Origin: Occultella glacieicola
GTDB taxonomy: Bacteria > Actinomycetota > Actinomycetes > Actinomycetales > Beutenbergiaceae
Length of the DNA: 64,000 bases
Reading direction: 5' to 3'
NCBI RefSeq assembly: GCF_004353825.1
Contig: NZ_SMNA01000002.1
Location: forward strand, 496,001-560,000
Position 1 is the stretch's first letter. Every line of letters begins with the position of its first letter. This document shows, piece by piece, positions 11,755 through 20,722 of this stretch. A model generated the notes under the pieces. It was not told the DNA's origin. It ran no database searches and was given only the letters and a program-made list of their open reading frames with translations. Both the position numbers and the translations under genes were made by a program.

Positions 11755-13782
11755 TCAGTCCGTCAGGGTCGCGAGGGCGGCCCGGACCACGTCGGAGAAG
11801 AGGTACATGCCGTCCATGTTCGGGTGGATCAGGTCCGGCTGGAGCTGTTCGGGGTGGGCGGTGGCCGCGGCGTTCCAGTCCGCGACGGCGACGTTCGGGT
11901 ACTCGGCGGCGAGGTCGGCGAGGTTCTGGTTGGACTCCGGCACCCAGGTGCTGGACCCGTAGATGTTGACCAGCACGACGGACCGGTCGGGCCCGAGCAG
12001 GTCGAGGGCCTGGCGGACGAGGTCCGGGTCCCGCACGCCGGCGTTCGTGCCGGCGGCGATGACGACGTACTCGCGGACCGTGCCGGCCTCGACGGCGGCC
12101 TGGATCGCGGCGAGGACGTCCGGCCACTGCCGGTTGGACTTCGCGTCGATGCCGATGCCGGGCAGGTCGGCCGTCAGCCCGGGTGCGGCCACGTACAGCA
12201 TCGAGTCGCCGAACGCCGTGATCTGTTCCCCGGTCACCCCGGCGGGCTGGGTCGGGTCCTCGGTCGGTGCGGTCTCGGTCGGTGCGGACTCGGTCGGTGC
12301 GGTCTCGGTCGGTGCGCCGCCCGACGGCGCGGGCTCGTCGGCCGGTGCCTCGGCGCCCCCGGTGTCGGTGCCGTCCGCGGCCGACCCGCCGGCCGCCGTC
12401 GGCCCCGCGTCGGCGGCCGGATCCACGACCGCGCCGTCGTCTGCGGCACCGGCGTCCTCGACGACCGTGGCCGCGTCGGCCATGGCGATCTCCACCTGGG
12501 AGCGGTCCGGTGCGGTCGCGAGCGCCGCGGTGAACATCGAGACGCAGGCCAGGCTCGCGACCACGCCGACGCGCGGGAGGGTGAGCCGGCCCGGGGCCCC
12601 GATCGCGTCGAGAGCCCGGCGGGTGGCCTCGGCGAACCCCAGTTCGCGGATCGGGTTCTCGATCCACCGGTAGCAGGCGCCGGCGATCAGGAGGGTCACC
12701 AGCACGGCCAGTGCGCGCTGCACCCAGTGCCCGGCGGTGTCCACGCCGACCCGGGGCGTGATGGCGGCGATCAGCAGGATCACGGGCCAGTGCCACAGGT
12801 AGATGCCGTAGGAGCGTTCCCCGATCCAGGCGAGCGGACGCAGCGAGAACACCACGGTCAGGACGGTGCGGGGCCCGGGCAGCGCACCGACGATCGCGGC
12901 GGTCAGCAGGGCCGCCGCCACGATGCCGCCGCGGTAGGCGATCGGGTTGTCGGGGTCCAGCCAGAGCATCAGCGCGATCAGGCCGGCCAGCGCGGCCAGG
13001 GCGATGACCACCCGGCCCCGCCGCCAGAACCTGGTCGCGAGCAGGTTCGCCGACTCCCCGGCCGCGCTGACCGCGAGGGCGGCGCCGATCATCAGGCCGA
13101 ACGCGTGGGTGTCGGTGCCGTAGTACACGCGGGTAGCGTCCTGGCCCGGGGTGTACAGCACCGCCATCGCGACGGCGGAGGCGGTCGCGAGCGCGAGCAG
13201 GAGCCCCACGCGCTGGCGTCCGGTGCGGGTGATACCCATCATGACCAGGAACAGAAGCGGCCAGAACAGGTAGAACTGCTCCTCCACGGCCAGCGACCAG
13301 AAGTTCACGAACAACTGCGGTGCGGTGGCGTTGAAGTAACTGGAGCCGGCTCCGATCTCCAGCCAGTTGTTGGAGAACGTCAGGGCACCGAGCACCTGCC
13401 TGCCGATGTTGACGAGCAGGTCCTCGCCGGCGATCAGGGCCAGTGACACCGTGGCGAACACCACGACCACGAGGGCGGGTAGCAGCCGGCGCGCGCGCCG
13501 GGTCCAGAACCGCCGCAGGTCGACCCGCCGGTCGGCCCGCAGCTCCCGCACCAGCAGGGTGGTGATCAGGAATCCGGAGATCACGAAGAAGACGTCGACG
13601 CCGAGGTAGCCGCCGGGCAGGCTCAGCGGGCGCAGGTGGAAGATCAGGACGGCGATGATCGCCAGGGCCCGGACGCCGTCGAGGCCGTCGATCCGGCCGG
13701 TCCGCAGCGCCTGCGCGGGGTCGCCGGGGTCGGGCGAGTCGGCCTGTGCTCGGCCCTGCGCGCTGGGCGCGTCAACGCTCAC
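11755..13782 (-). CDS. OatA-like O-acyltransferase (AT3 domain plus SGNH domain)
   Basis: DGLDGVRALA, GGYLGVDVFFVISGFLIT, WSLAVEEQFY and SYGIYLWHWP; C-terminal GDS, GTN and DLIHPN catalytic motifs. Confidence 0.92.
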   Translation of the reverse strand: MSVDAPSAQGRAQADSPDPGDPAQALRTGRIDGLDGVRALAIIAVLIFHLRPLSLPGGYLGVDVFFVISGFLITTLLVRELRADRRVDLRRFWTRRARRLLPALVVVVFATVSLALIAGEDLLVNIGRQVLGALTFSNNWLEIGAGSSYFNATAPQLFVNFWSLAVEEQFYLFWPLLFLVMMGITRTGRQRVGLLLALATASAVAMAVLYTPGQDATRVYYGTDTHAFGLMIGAALAVSAAGESANLLATRFWRRGRVVIALAALAGLIALMLWLDPDNPIAYRGGIVAAALLTAAIVGALPGPRTVLTVVFSLRPLAWIGERSYGIYLWHWPVILLIAAITPRVGVDTAGHWVQRALAVLVTLLIAGACYRWIENPIRELGFAEATRRALDAIGAPGRLTLPRVGVVASLACVSMFTAALATAPDRSQVEIAMADAATVVEDAGAADDGAVVDPAADAGPTAAGGSAADGTDTGGAEAPADEPAPSGGAPTETAPTESAPTETAPTEDPTQPAGVTGEQITAFGDSMLYVAAPGLTADLPGIGIDAKSNRQWPDVLAAIQAAVEAGTVREYVVIAAGTNAGVRDPDLVRQALDLLGPDRSVVLVNIYGSSTWVPESNQNLADLAAEYPNVAVADWNAAATAHPEQLQPDLIHPNMDGMYLFSDVVRAALATLTD
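12259..12316. repeat. In-frame 15-bp tandem repeat, about 4 copies (APTET/APTES linker)
   Basis: CTCGGTCGGTGCGG(T/A) units in the interdomain linker of the acyltransferase. Confidence 0.85.
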
Positions 13783-13897
13783 GTTCCCCTCCGGTCCACC
13801 TCGGGCGTCCTACGGCCCGAGCCTAGGGCGAACGTCCGCGTTTCCACGGGAACGCACCCGGCGGTGCGCCGATCCGCCGAGTACGCGTTCGACAGGC

Positions 13898-15445
13898 TCA
13901 GCCCGCGGACCCGGTGACGATCGTCAGCAGCGCCCCGTCGGCTCCGGTCACGACGGCGGCCGTCGGGGTGCTGGAGACCCAGCCACCGGGGTACTCGCGC
14001 CGGTCGACCTCGGCGCCGGTGCCGACGTCGACGCGGACCACCTGACCGGTGCCGTCGGGCCCGGTGACGGCCGCGACGAGCACACCACCCTCGGCGAGAT
14101 AACCCTGACTGAGCTCCCCGGCCCCCTCGTCGGCACCGACCGTCCACAGCGGCTCACCGCTCTCCACCCCGACGGCGGTGAGCAGGTCCGACCCGGTGGA
14201 GATCACCCAGGCCTGCTCCTCGGCCTGTTCCTCGGCCTGTTCCTGGGTCGGCCCCGGGCCCACCGGCACCGGGGCCACCCGGGCCGGCACCTCCATCGAC
14301 AGGCCGGCGCTGCCGGGCAGTTCCCACCGGGTGGTGCCGTCGAACCCGAGCGAGGCCAGCGGCGGATCCGCCACGGTGAGGTCCTGGGCGAGACACCCGC
14401 CCACCGCCACATCGCGGGCGGCGAGCGAGTCCCCGAAGCACGGTCCGACCAGGTCGCCCGAGGTGAACTCCGGGATCTCCGCGGTCCAGTCCAGCACGTA
14501 GGAGGCGAGCAGGCCCTCCTCGCCCCAGCGCTGGACCACGGCGAGGTCGGGACCGACCTGCTCGACACGGCTGTGCTCGTAGGCGTTGACCGGGCGCAAC
14601 TCCTCCGCGTGCTCGGCGTCCCACCCGAACTCGCGGGCGTCCACGGCGCCGCCCGCGGGGTCGAAGCGTTGCACGGTCAGGTCGGAGTCGGTGATCTCGA
14701 CGCTCCAGACCTCGCCGGTCGCCGGGGCGAGCGCGGTGGTGACGGTCCCGGCGCTGGGAAGGTGCTCCTCGCGGGTCGCGCCGGTGGCGGCGTCGAGGGT
14801 GACCACCCCGGCCCGGTCGGGTTCGGTGCCTTCGCAGGGCGGACCGTCCGCGGTGAGCGCGATGGTCTCCGCGGAGGGCAGGTCGACGAACCGCCACGGC
14901 CGGCAACCGCCGAGTTCGTCCGGGCCCAGGCTCCAGCGCTCCTCGCCGCTGGCCCAGTCGAGCAGCGTCACCCGGGTACTCCCGGCCTCCGGGGAGAGGA
15001 GCGCGACGCCGGCGGTGGTGGCCAGCACGGTCGGGTCGTAGTAGTCCTCGATCACCCCGGGGAACTCCCAGAGCACGGCCCCGCTGGCGTCGTAGGCGGC
15101 GACGTCGCGGGTGGTGGTGACCTCACCGCCGATGTCCGGACCGTCGTCGACCGGCTGCGCCTCACCGACCGCGAGTACCGCGATGCCGACGGTGGAGGCG
15201 AGCACGACCGACCCGGACGGCACCTCGATCCAGTCGCCGATGGTCGGGGCCGTCGGATCCGCGCTCCCCGAGGTCTCCGTCTCCTCGCCCGGCGTGGTCG
15301 AGCCGACGTCGGTGACGGGATCCGGCTCCTGCGGGTCGGAGTCCGCGCAACCGGCCGCCAGGAGCACCAGGGCCGTCCCGACGGTCGCGAGCAGACGACC
15401 TCCGGCCCGGCCCGCGCCACGGGCGGCGGCGTGCGTGGTCGACAT
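13898..15445 (-). CDS. Putative lipoprotein, PQQ-like beta-propeller (paralogue 1)
   Basis: Lipobox LAAGC, P/T/S linker and repeated blade-like motifs (AYDASGAVLW, LDWASGEERW, LDAATG, VESGEPLW). Confidence 0.75.
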   Translation of the reverse strand: MSTTHAAARGAGRAGGRLLATVGTALVLLAAGCADSDPQEPDPVTDVGSTTPGEETETSGSADPTAPTIGDWIEVPSGSVVLASTVGIAVLAVGEAQPVDDGPDIGGEVTTTRDVAAYDASGAVLWEFPGVIEDYYDPTVLATTAGVALLSPEAGSTRVTLLDWASGEERWSLGPDELGGCRPWRFVDLPSAETIALTADGPPCEGTEPDRAGVVTLDAATGATREEHLPSAGTVTTALAPATGEVWSVEITDSDLTVQRFDPAGGAVDAREFGWDAEHAEELRPVNAYEHSRVEQVGPDLAVVQRWGEEGLLASYVLDWTAEIPEFTSGDLVGPCFGDSLAARDVAVGGCLAQDLTVADPPLASLGFDGTTRWELPGSAGLSMEVPARVAPVPVGPGPTQEQAEEQAEEQAWVISTGSDLLTAVGVESGEPLWTVGADEGAGELSQGYLAEGGVLVAAVTGPDGTGQVVRVDVGTGAEVDRREYPGGWVSSTPTAAVVTGADGALLTIVTGSAG

Positions 15446-15661
15446 GGTCCTCCCCCGTCGTCAAGGTCTTCGTCGCCCCATCACCCTCGCAGACGCGGCA
15501 GGCCACCGCAGCAATGCCGACCACATCCGGTCCCTACGGACGAGCGCTCTCCCCCGCCCGGCGGAGGCCGGAACTCCCGCACGTCCTCCGCTCGGTGGAA
15601 CCTTGCCCCGAAGTGGCCGTCAGCCGTTGCCCCGCCCCGGTGGCCCTGTTAGCAAGGACGT

Positions 15662-17362
15662 ATGACTCAGATCACAAGGGATCTCAGACCACCACGACCA
15701 CGCGCCGCCGCGATCGCCGTCCTGGCCACCGCGGGGCTCCTGATCGGCAGCGCCACCGCCGCCGGAGCGGCACCGCCCATGGGCACGGCCGGTGCCACCG
15801 AGGCCGCGCCCCCGGTCGGCGCCGCACAGGTCGACGCCCCGGTCCCGGAACTCGACTGGGTCGGCTGCGGCGAAGGCCTCGAGGGCTTCGAGTGCGCCAG
15901 TGCCGAGGTGCCCAGCGACTACGACGACCCGCAGGGCGCGACCACCACGATCGCCCTGACCCGGCTCCCCGCCACCGACCCCGACGAGCGGATCGGGTCA
16001 CTGTTCCTGAACTTCGGCGGACCGGGCGGTTCCGGCGTCGCGAGCCTGCACGCCCTCGGGCCCGACGGCTACGGCCCCGACCTGCGGGCCCGGTTCGACA
16101 TCATCGGCTTCGACCCGCGTGGCGTCGGGCTGTCCGACCCGGTGACCTGCTTCCGCAACGCCGACGCGGAAGCGCGATGGGCCGCGAACGTGGAGTCGTT
16201 CCCGGTCGGTCCGCACGAGGAGGCCCGGTACATCGGTGCCTGGGCCGTGGCGGGGGCTTCGTGCACGGCGATCTCCGGGGACCGGATCGCCACGTCCTCC
16301 TCGGCCAACGTGGCCCGGGACATGGATCTGCTGCGCCAGGCGGTGGGCGATCAGGAACTGAACTACCTCGGCTACTCCTACGGCACCCACATCGGTGCCA
16401 CCTACGGCGCGCTGTTCCCGGACCGGATCCGGGCCATGGTGCTGGACGGCACCTGGGACCCCGAGGCCTACGTGGGTCTGGATGATGACCGGACCCTCGG
16501 GCGCCGGATCGGCCAGGCCCCCGCCGCGAGCGAGGCGTACGCCGAGTTCCTGAGGCTGTGCGCCGAGGCGGGCCAGCAGGGCTGCGCCCTGGCCGCCCTC
16601 GGCGACCCGGAGCAGGTGATGGAGGACCTGTTCGCGCAGTTGCGGGCCGAGCCGGCCGAGGTGCCACTGGAGGACGGAACCACGATCACCATCGGCTACG
16701 ACGACGCCGTCGCGACGATCTTCTCGTCGTTGTACGCCCCGGCCGGCTGGGCGGATCTCGCCGCCGCGATGGCCTCCCTCGTCCCGGTACCCGACCAGGC
16801 GGCCACCCTGTCAGCACCGCCGGACGCACTCGGGAACGACTCGATCCAGGACCTGCTCCGCCGGGTCGGGATCCTCGAGGACTACCCCTCCATGGGCGGC
16901 GCGCTCGCGAGCATGTGCGTCGACGCGGAGCACCCCGGCACCGCGGCCGACTACCCGGCGCAGGCGGCCGCGGAGGAGGCGCAGGCACCGCACTTCGGCA
17001 CCGCCCGGGCCTGGGCCGGCGTGCAGTGCGAGTCCATCCCGGTGGCCGACGAGGACCGGTACGCGGGCCCGTGGGAGCAGGACACCGACGCCCCGGTGCT
17101 GGTCATCGGCACCCGGTACGACCCGGCCACCCCGTACGCGTTCACGGAGCCGTACGCGGACCTGTGGAACGACGCCCGGATGCTCACCGTCGAGGGCTAC
17201 GGTCACACCACCCTGGCCACCCCGAGCGCCTGTGCGAACGCAGCGATCACCGACTATCTGATCGATCTCGAGGCCACCGACGGCGCGACCTGCACCCAGG
17301 ACGTCGCCCCGTTCACGGCCGCCGCGCAGGAGCAGGTGCCGGCGAGCATCCCGGTCGGCTGA
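15662..17362 (+). CDS. Secreted alpha/beta hydrolase, TAP-like peptidase
   Basis: Signal peptide, NFGGPGGSG, GFDPRGVG, GYSYGT (Ser), DPATP (Asp) and GYGH (His). Confidence 0.92.
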   Translation: MTQITRDLRPPRPRAAAIAVLATAGLLIGSATAAGAAPPMGTAGATEAAPPVGAAQVDAPVPELDWVGCGEGLEGFECASAEVPSDYDDPQGATTTIALTRLPATDPDERIGSLFLNFGGPGGSGVASLHALGPDGYGPDLRARFDIIGFDPRGVGLSDPVTCFRNADAEARWAANVESFPVGPHEEARYIGAWAVAGASCTAISGDRIATSSSANVARDMDLLRQAVGDQELNYLGYSYGTHIGATYGALFPDRIRAMVLDGTWDPEAYVGLDDDRTLGRRIGQAPAASEAYAEFLRLCAEAGQQGCALAALGDPEQVMEDLFAQLRAEPAEVPLEDGTTITIGYDDAVATIFSSLYAPAGWADLAAAMASLVPVPDQAATLSAPPDALGNDSIQDLLRRVGILEDYPSMGGALASMCVDAEHPGTAADYPAQAAAEEAQAPHFGTARAWAGVQCESIPVADEDRYAGPWEQDTDAPVLVIGTRYDPATPYAFTEPYADLWNDARMLTVEGYGHTTLATPSACANAAITDYLIDLEATDGATCTQDVAPFTAAAQEQVPASIPVG

Positions 17363-17386
17363 CCGCCACGAGGAAGGCGAACCGGC

Positions 17387-17431
17387 CCGACGGCGCGGCG
17401 GTGCACCCAGGGTGCGCCGCCGCGCCGTCGG
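17387..17431. terminator. Long hairpin between convergent genes
   Basis: CCGACGGCGCGGCGGTGCACCC-A-GGGTGCGCCGCCGCGCCGTCGG: 22-bp arms with one mismatch. Confidence 0.8.
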
Positions 17432-17438
17432 CCGTGGT

Positions 17439-18968
17439 TCAGCCCGGCAGGACCATCCGCACCAGGGTCGCGTCCTCGCCGGACAGACCGACGGCCGTGT
17501 CGGTCGCGAGGAGCATCAACGGGCCGACGGTCAGCCGGTCGAGCTCCGCCCCGGTGGACGCATCGAGCGCGAGCACGAGGTTGTCGGCGGGACCCGGCCC
17601 CTGCTGGACTCTCGCCACCACGACGTCCACGGCGGCGAGATACCCGTATCCGATCGCTCCGGATCCCTCGCCCGCTCCGGCGACCCACAGTGGTTCGTCC
17701 GAGGTCCGGGCCATGAGGGTGAGCAGGTCGTCCCCGGCGGAGACGAGCCAGCCCGAGCTCTCCATGGGCCGGTCGAACACGTCCATCGCGGCGAAGCCGT
17801 CCACGACGAACCCGGCCTGCGCGTCCGGGATCTCCCAGTACCGCTCGCCGTCGTAGGACACCGAGGCGACGCCACCGTCGAGGCCGTCGTCGGCCACGAC
17901 GCCGGCCAGGCAGGTGCGGCCGGCCGGGTCGTTCAGCGCGACCCATTCGTGGAAGCAGTCCGGTGCACCGGTGAACTCGGACGCGACCCCGGTGTCCCAG
18001 TCCAGCAGGATCCGGCCATCGGGCACGGTCGAGCCACTCCAGACGCCGATGGCGGCCACGCCGTCATCGAACTTCTCGATCCAGTGCGTGGCGAGGGGGT
18101 CGTCGTTGCTGATGGCGGCGACGGAGGGGTCCGACCATGGGACCGAAACGGTCGCGGTGTCCCCGCTAACCGGGTCGAACCTGGCCGCGGTCAGGTCGGT
18201 GCCGTCGGTGGCCACGGCCCAGATCTCGTCCCCGACCACGACCGGCCAGACCGAGCCGGGCAGGTCGAGCGGGGCGAGCTGCGCCCCGGTCGCCGCATCC
18301 AGGGTCAGCACGGCCGCACCCGAGTCCGTCCCACACTGGGAGGCCGACGCGCTCAGCACCACGACGTCGGCGCCGGTGAGCGGTGAGATGTCGAACGACG
18401 GGCAGATGTCCAGGTCCGCGATCGGCACCTGCCAGCGCGGCTGCCCGGTGGCCCACTCCGTGGCGACAAGCAGGTCTCCGCCGTCGTCGGCCACGACCGA
18501 CACGACCGCCGTGCCCGTGCTCTCGACGCGGGCGAGCAGCGCGTACTGGCGCACGCCCTCCAGCGCCCAGATCTGCGCGCTCGTGGTCACGTCGTAGGCG
18601 GCCAGGTCGCCGTAGAGCGACTCGCCGGCGAACCAGGTCTCACCGACGCTGAAGGCGGCCCGGCCCTCGTCGTCGGAGGCGACCAGCCACATGTTCGGCG
18701 GCAGCTCGACCCAGTCCCCGAGCACGGCGTCGGGCTCCGGCGGCTCGGTCGGCTCCGTGCTCGGCTCGGACGGCTCCGAGCTCGGGTCGGACGGTGCCGG
18801 GCTCGGTTCGGTACTCGTCTGATCCGCGCTGCCCGGCGGCTCCTGTCCCTCGGCACCGGCACCGCAACCGGCCACGAGCAGTGCCGCTGCGGCGATACCG
18901 GTCACGGCCACTCCGAGACGTCCCCGAACGCCCCGTCGCCGCGTCGATCCCTTTCTCAATGCGCCCAC
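17439..18968 (-). CDS. Putative lipoprotein, PQQ-like beta-propeller (paralogue 2)
   Basis: Arg-rich N-terminus, lipobox LVAGC and a PTE/PSE linker; collinear with the 19114-20583 protein. Confidence 0.8.
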   Translation of the reverse strand: MGALRKGSTRRRGVRGRLGVAVTGIAAAALLVAGCGAGAEGQEPPGSADQTSTEPSPAPSDPSSEPSEPSTEPTEPPEPDAVLGDWVELPPNMWLVASDDEGRAAFSVGETWFAGESLYGDLAAYDVTTSAQIWALEGVRQYALLARVESTGTAVVSVVADDGGDLLVATEWATGQPRWQVPIADLDICPSFDISPLTGADVVVLSASASQCGTDSGAAVLTLDAATGAQLAPLDLPGSVWPVVVGDEIWAVATDGTDLTAARFDPVSGDTATVSVPWSDPSVAAISNDDPLATHWIEKFDDGVAAIGVWSGSTVPDGRILLDWDTGVASEFTGAPDCFHEWVALNDPAGRTCLAGVVADDGLDGGVASVSYDGERYWEIPDAQAGFVVDGFAAMDVFDRPMESSGWLVSAGDDLLTLMARTSDEPLWVAGAGEGSGAIGYGYLAAVDVVVARVQQGPGPADNLVLALDASTGAELDRLTVGPLMLLATDTAVGLSGEDATLVRMVLPG

Positions 18969-19113
18969 GTCGGCGCCCCCTCATCTGGCGGTCCCCACCG
19001 CCCTAGCCCCTGAAGCCGGCGCGACCGCGCCGTCTACGGTGAGAGTGTCAGGCCGCCCGCGGTTGCGCCGCCCTTCGACGCAACCGATACCCAATCGTGA
19101 CGACGGCGGCTCC

Positions 19114-20583
19114 TCAGCGCTGCTCCAGCCGCGCCATCCGCACCAGCGTGCGTTCGGTGTTGGTCGCCACGACCGCCGTGTCGGTGCTCGTGAACCACAT
19201 CGGCTCCTCGACCCGGCGGTCGATCTCCGCACCGGTCGAGGCGTCGACCGAGAGGATCGTCGTCGTGTCCGGCCCACTCTCGACGAGGGCGACCAGGGTG
19301 TCGACGCCCGCGAGGTAGCCGTAGCCCACGGCGCCCGAGCCCTCTCCCGCGCCGACCACCCACACGGGCCGCTCCTGGGTCCGGGCCATGAGGCTGAGCA
19401 GGTCGTCGCCGCTCGAGACCAGCCATCCCGAGACCTCCATCGGCCGATCGAAGACCGCCATCCGCGAGTCGCCGTCCACCGAGAAGCCGGCATGGGCGCC
19501 GGCCGGCAATTCCCAGTACCGCTCGCCGTCGTAGGAGAACGAGGAGACGCCCCCGGTGCCGTCGATGCCGGCGTCGGCCAGGCAGGTCCGCCCGGCCGGA
19601 TCATTGAGCGACTGCCGGTCGCCGAAGCACTCCGGCGCCCCGGTGAACTCGGACACGGTGCCGGAGTCCCAGTCCATCAGGATCCGCGCCCGACCGTCAC
19701 CGGTCGAGACGACGATCACCGCCGTCTCGGCGTCGAACGGCCAGATCCAGTACCACGGCGCCGCGTCGGCGCGCACCCCGGACACCGACTCCTGCGACCA
19801 CGGCAATGACACGGTTTCCCGTTCCCCGGTCACCGGATCGAACCTGGCTGCCGTCAGGCCGGCGTCGTCGTCGGTGGCGACCGCCCAGAACTCGCTGCCC
19901 GCCTCCGAGACCCAGGCGGCCCCGGGGAGGTCGAGCCGCGCCGCACGGACCTGCCCGGTGAGCGGATCGAGGGTGAGCACCGACGGGCCCGGGTCCTCGG
20001 CACAGGCGGGCGCCGACGCCCGCAGGGCGACGACCTCGGCGTTCGTGAGCGGCGAGATCACGAACTCCGGGCAGATGCCCAGCTCCGCGACGGGCACCTG
20101 CCAGCGAGGTTCGCCGGTCTGCCAGTCCGTCCCGACGAGCAGATCGCCGGCATCCTCGTGCAGGACCGCGACGACCACCTCACCCGCGCTCTCGGCGCTC
20201 GCGTTCATGACCTCCGCCCGGACGTTCTCGAGAGCCCACAACTGCTCGCCGGCCGGAACGTCGTAGGCAACCAGGTCGGCGTAGAAGTCGCCGCCGATCT
20301 GTGTCGCGCCGCCCGGGCTGAAGGCCGCCCGACCTTCGTCATCGGAGGCGATCACCCACAGGCCACCGGGCAGTTCGACCCAGTCGACCAGGTTCCAGCC
20401 CGGTTCCGGTGGATCCACACTCGACGGATCCGAACTCGTCGGGCCGTTCGGCGTCGTCGGCTCCGGTGCTGGGCCCTCTCCCGTGCAGCCACCCAGGAGC
20501 GCCAGGGCGGCTGCGAGCCCGCCGGCCAGCGACCGCGCCCGGCGTCTCCCCGCCGCTGCCGGTCCCCTGGTCGTGGCGTCCAC
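19114..20583 (-). CDS. Putative lipoprotein, PQQ-like beta-propeller (paralogue 3)
   Basis: Lipobox LLGGC. Shares DWVELP, ASDDEGRAAFS, LNDPAGRTCLA, SYDGERYWE, VFDRPME and GAGEGSGA with paralogue 2. Confidence 0.8.
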   Translation of the reverse strand: MDATTRGPAAAGRRRARSLAGGLAAALALLGGCTGEGPAPEPTTPNGPTSSDPSSVDPPEPGWNLVDWVELPGGLWVIASDDEGRAAFSPGGATQIGGDFYADLVAYDVPAGEQLWALENVRAEVMNASAESAGEVVVAVLHEDAGDLLVGTDWQTGEPRWQVPVAELGICPEFVISPLTNAEVVALRASAPACAEDPGPSVLTLDPLTGQVRAARLDLPGAAWVSEAGSEFWAVATDDDAGLTAARFDPVTGERETVSLPWSQESVSGVRADAAPWYWIWPFDAETAVIVVSTGDGRARILMDWDSGTVSEFTGAPECFGDRQSLNDPAGRTCLADAGIDGTGGVSSFSYDGERYWELPAGAHAGFSVDGDSRMAVFDRPMEVSGWLVSSGDDLLSLMARTQERPVWVVGAGEGSGAVGYGYLAGVDTLVALVESGPDTTTILSVDASTGAEIDRRVEEPMWFTSTDTAVVATNTERTLVRMARLEQR

Positions 20584-20722
20584 GACGTGCCCCTCGTCCG
20601 GCGGTCCCCACCGCCATCGCCCCAGGTGCGCCGGCGTTGTCGCACGGCCCGCTGGAGACAGTGTCAGGGCCGCGCCGCGTGGCGCCAGGGAACGCCCGGA
20701 CCGTGACCTGATCGTGACCGAG

